A stretch of DNA of 63,449 nucleotides, counting the filler, from Basidioascus undulatus (Eukaryota), in the NCBI GenBank assembly GCA_000826855.1. It is 9 parts of 9 records of this genome, joined end to end, with 100 filler letters (N's around TTAATTAATTAA, not from the genome) between each part and the next. Parts side by side here need not be neighbours in the genome. Positions count along the whole stretch, not along the records: positions 58,829 to 63,449 come from JTLS01002113.1; 8 more parts are not named here. One strand, written 5' to 3'. Below the pieces are notes generated by a model. That model did not search any database, had not been told where the DNA came from, and saw nothing but the letters and a program-made list of their open reading frames with translations. The position numbers were made by a program, and so were the translations under genes. How positions within the stretch are numbered: the stretch's first letter is position 1; each line of letters starts with the position of its first letter. This document shows positions 62,403 through 63,449 of the stretch, one piece after another.

Positions 62403-63449
62403 CTACGCGCCCTCCCCGCCCGTGCTCCACCCCTCGCTCTCCCCTCCATCGCCCTCCATCCCCTCCTCCCCGTCCCCGCGTCCCGCAACCCCCACTCCCA
62501 CCCTCCCCCTTGGCAAGACGCTCTTCCTACCCCGTGCACCTCCCCTCCGCCCGCGCTCCTCCATCTCCCGTGCAAGCTCGCCCGCATCGGGGTCGAGCCC
62601 GGCGGCCGCAGCGTCGACGAGCGGGTCGGGGTCGGGCTTGCGCATCTTTGTGCGCAGGGAGGGGAGCGCGTAGTTGATTGATTTGCGCGCGGCGCGCTGG
62701 GGGCGGTGCGGGGAGAGGGAGGGCGTAGGCGGGGGGTGCGGGTGTGGCAGAGGATGCGGATGCGGTTGAGGGAGGGGTAGCCCGCGAGACGGGCGCAACG
62801 GATGAGGACGACGAGCGCGTTGGGATGTCGTCCTCATCCGGATCGATGTAGTTTATTGTGGGCCGTGGGCGGCGGTGTCGGGCTTCCGCAGCGGGTGCGG
62901 GTGCGAGCGCGGGGGCAGGCTCTGGTGTCGGCGCGGGGGTAGGCTTGGAGGATGGTTTGGAGGATGGTTTGGAGAATGGGCGCGGCTTGAGGGGAGGGGC
63001 GGCTGCAGGGCGGGGGAGAGGATGAGTGAGCGAGGGAGGGAAGAGAGATGGGAGATGGGGACAAACCATCTTCGGGCTCGGGGGAGAGCAGCTTGGACTT
63101 TGCGCGCGAGACGGCGGTGGAGGAAGAGGAGGAGCGCCGTTTCGGTGCGGGCGCGGGTGCGGGTGCTAGTGCGGGCGGCGCTGCTGGGGCGGATACGGGT
63201 GCTGGAGCGGGTGCGAGTGCGGAGACGTTGTTGGAGATATCGCGGCCGAACGAGGTCAAGCTCGCGGGCTGCTCGCGCTCCAGCTCCGGTTCCGGCTCCT
63301 CGACCTGCTCGACCTTCACTTCCACCTCCTCCTCCACTGCTCTTTCCTCCTCCTTCCCCTCCTCCTCGTTCTGCACCTCCGGCGCGAGGTCCACCGCGCC
63401 CACAGTGCAGGTCATCACCGGCAAGCCGCACATTTATGGTGAGTGATCC
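62403..63449 (-). CDS. Shugoshin-like protein, C-terminal part (5'-partial)
   Basis: Basic SGO motif RPQRAARKSINYALPSLRTKMRK after a long E/P/S-rich disordered region; probable intron about 63005-63066. Confidence 0.75.

Noticed and set aside
1..63449. tRNA, snRNA, TPP riboswitch or telomeric arrays
   Set aside because: Scanning by eye found only isolated partial motifs (GTTCGA, TGATGA, TTAGGG) without supporting structure. An Infernal/tRNAscan run would be needed to exclude them formally.

Overview
This is eukaryotic, intron-rich fungal DNA, most likely from a basidiomycete (Pucciniomycotina-like by gene style; inferred). It is not one locus. Nine contigs are joined by eight artificial 100-bp linkers (44 N + TTAATTAATTAA + 44 N), so neighbourhood arguments hold only within a contig. 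Recognisable spliced genes are RPC40, a YSA1-like Nudix hydrolase, VPS36, RNA15/CstF64, a Zn2Cys6 transcription factor, an FRM2/HBN1 nitroreductase, HapX, DAP1, GSH1 (broken), MDM31, an aldehyde dehydrogenase, a ZIP/ZRT transporter, an arrestin-like protein, SEC2, RMD5/GID2, a DIP5-like amino-acid permease, GYP7, RPS21, MOCS2A/cnxG, a chromo-domain protein, a Ubc14/UBE2L3-like E2 and shugoshin. Gene-poor stretches hold decayed sequence: a LINE-type RT relic, a possible copia integrase relic, F-box-like pseudogenes, an RPC19-like fragment and a broken Zn cluster. I found no convincing new multi-gene system. The best leads are a natural E-to-Q change at a metal-ligand Glu of the Nudix box, a contig that switches from GSH1 to an unrelated gene to LSU rRNA, extreme intron/microexon density with GC-AG introns, introns with pyrimidine-rich 5' halves and purine-rich 3' halves, and a candidate secreted Cys-containing protein with no ATG. 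All family assignments come from remembered motifs; no database search was run.
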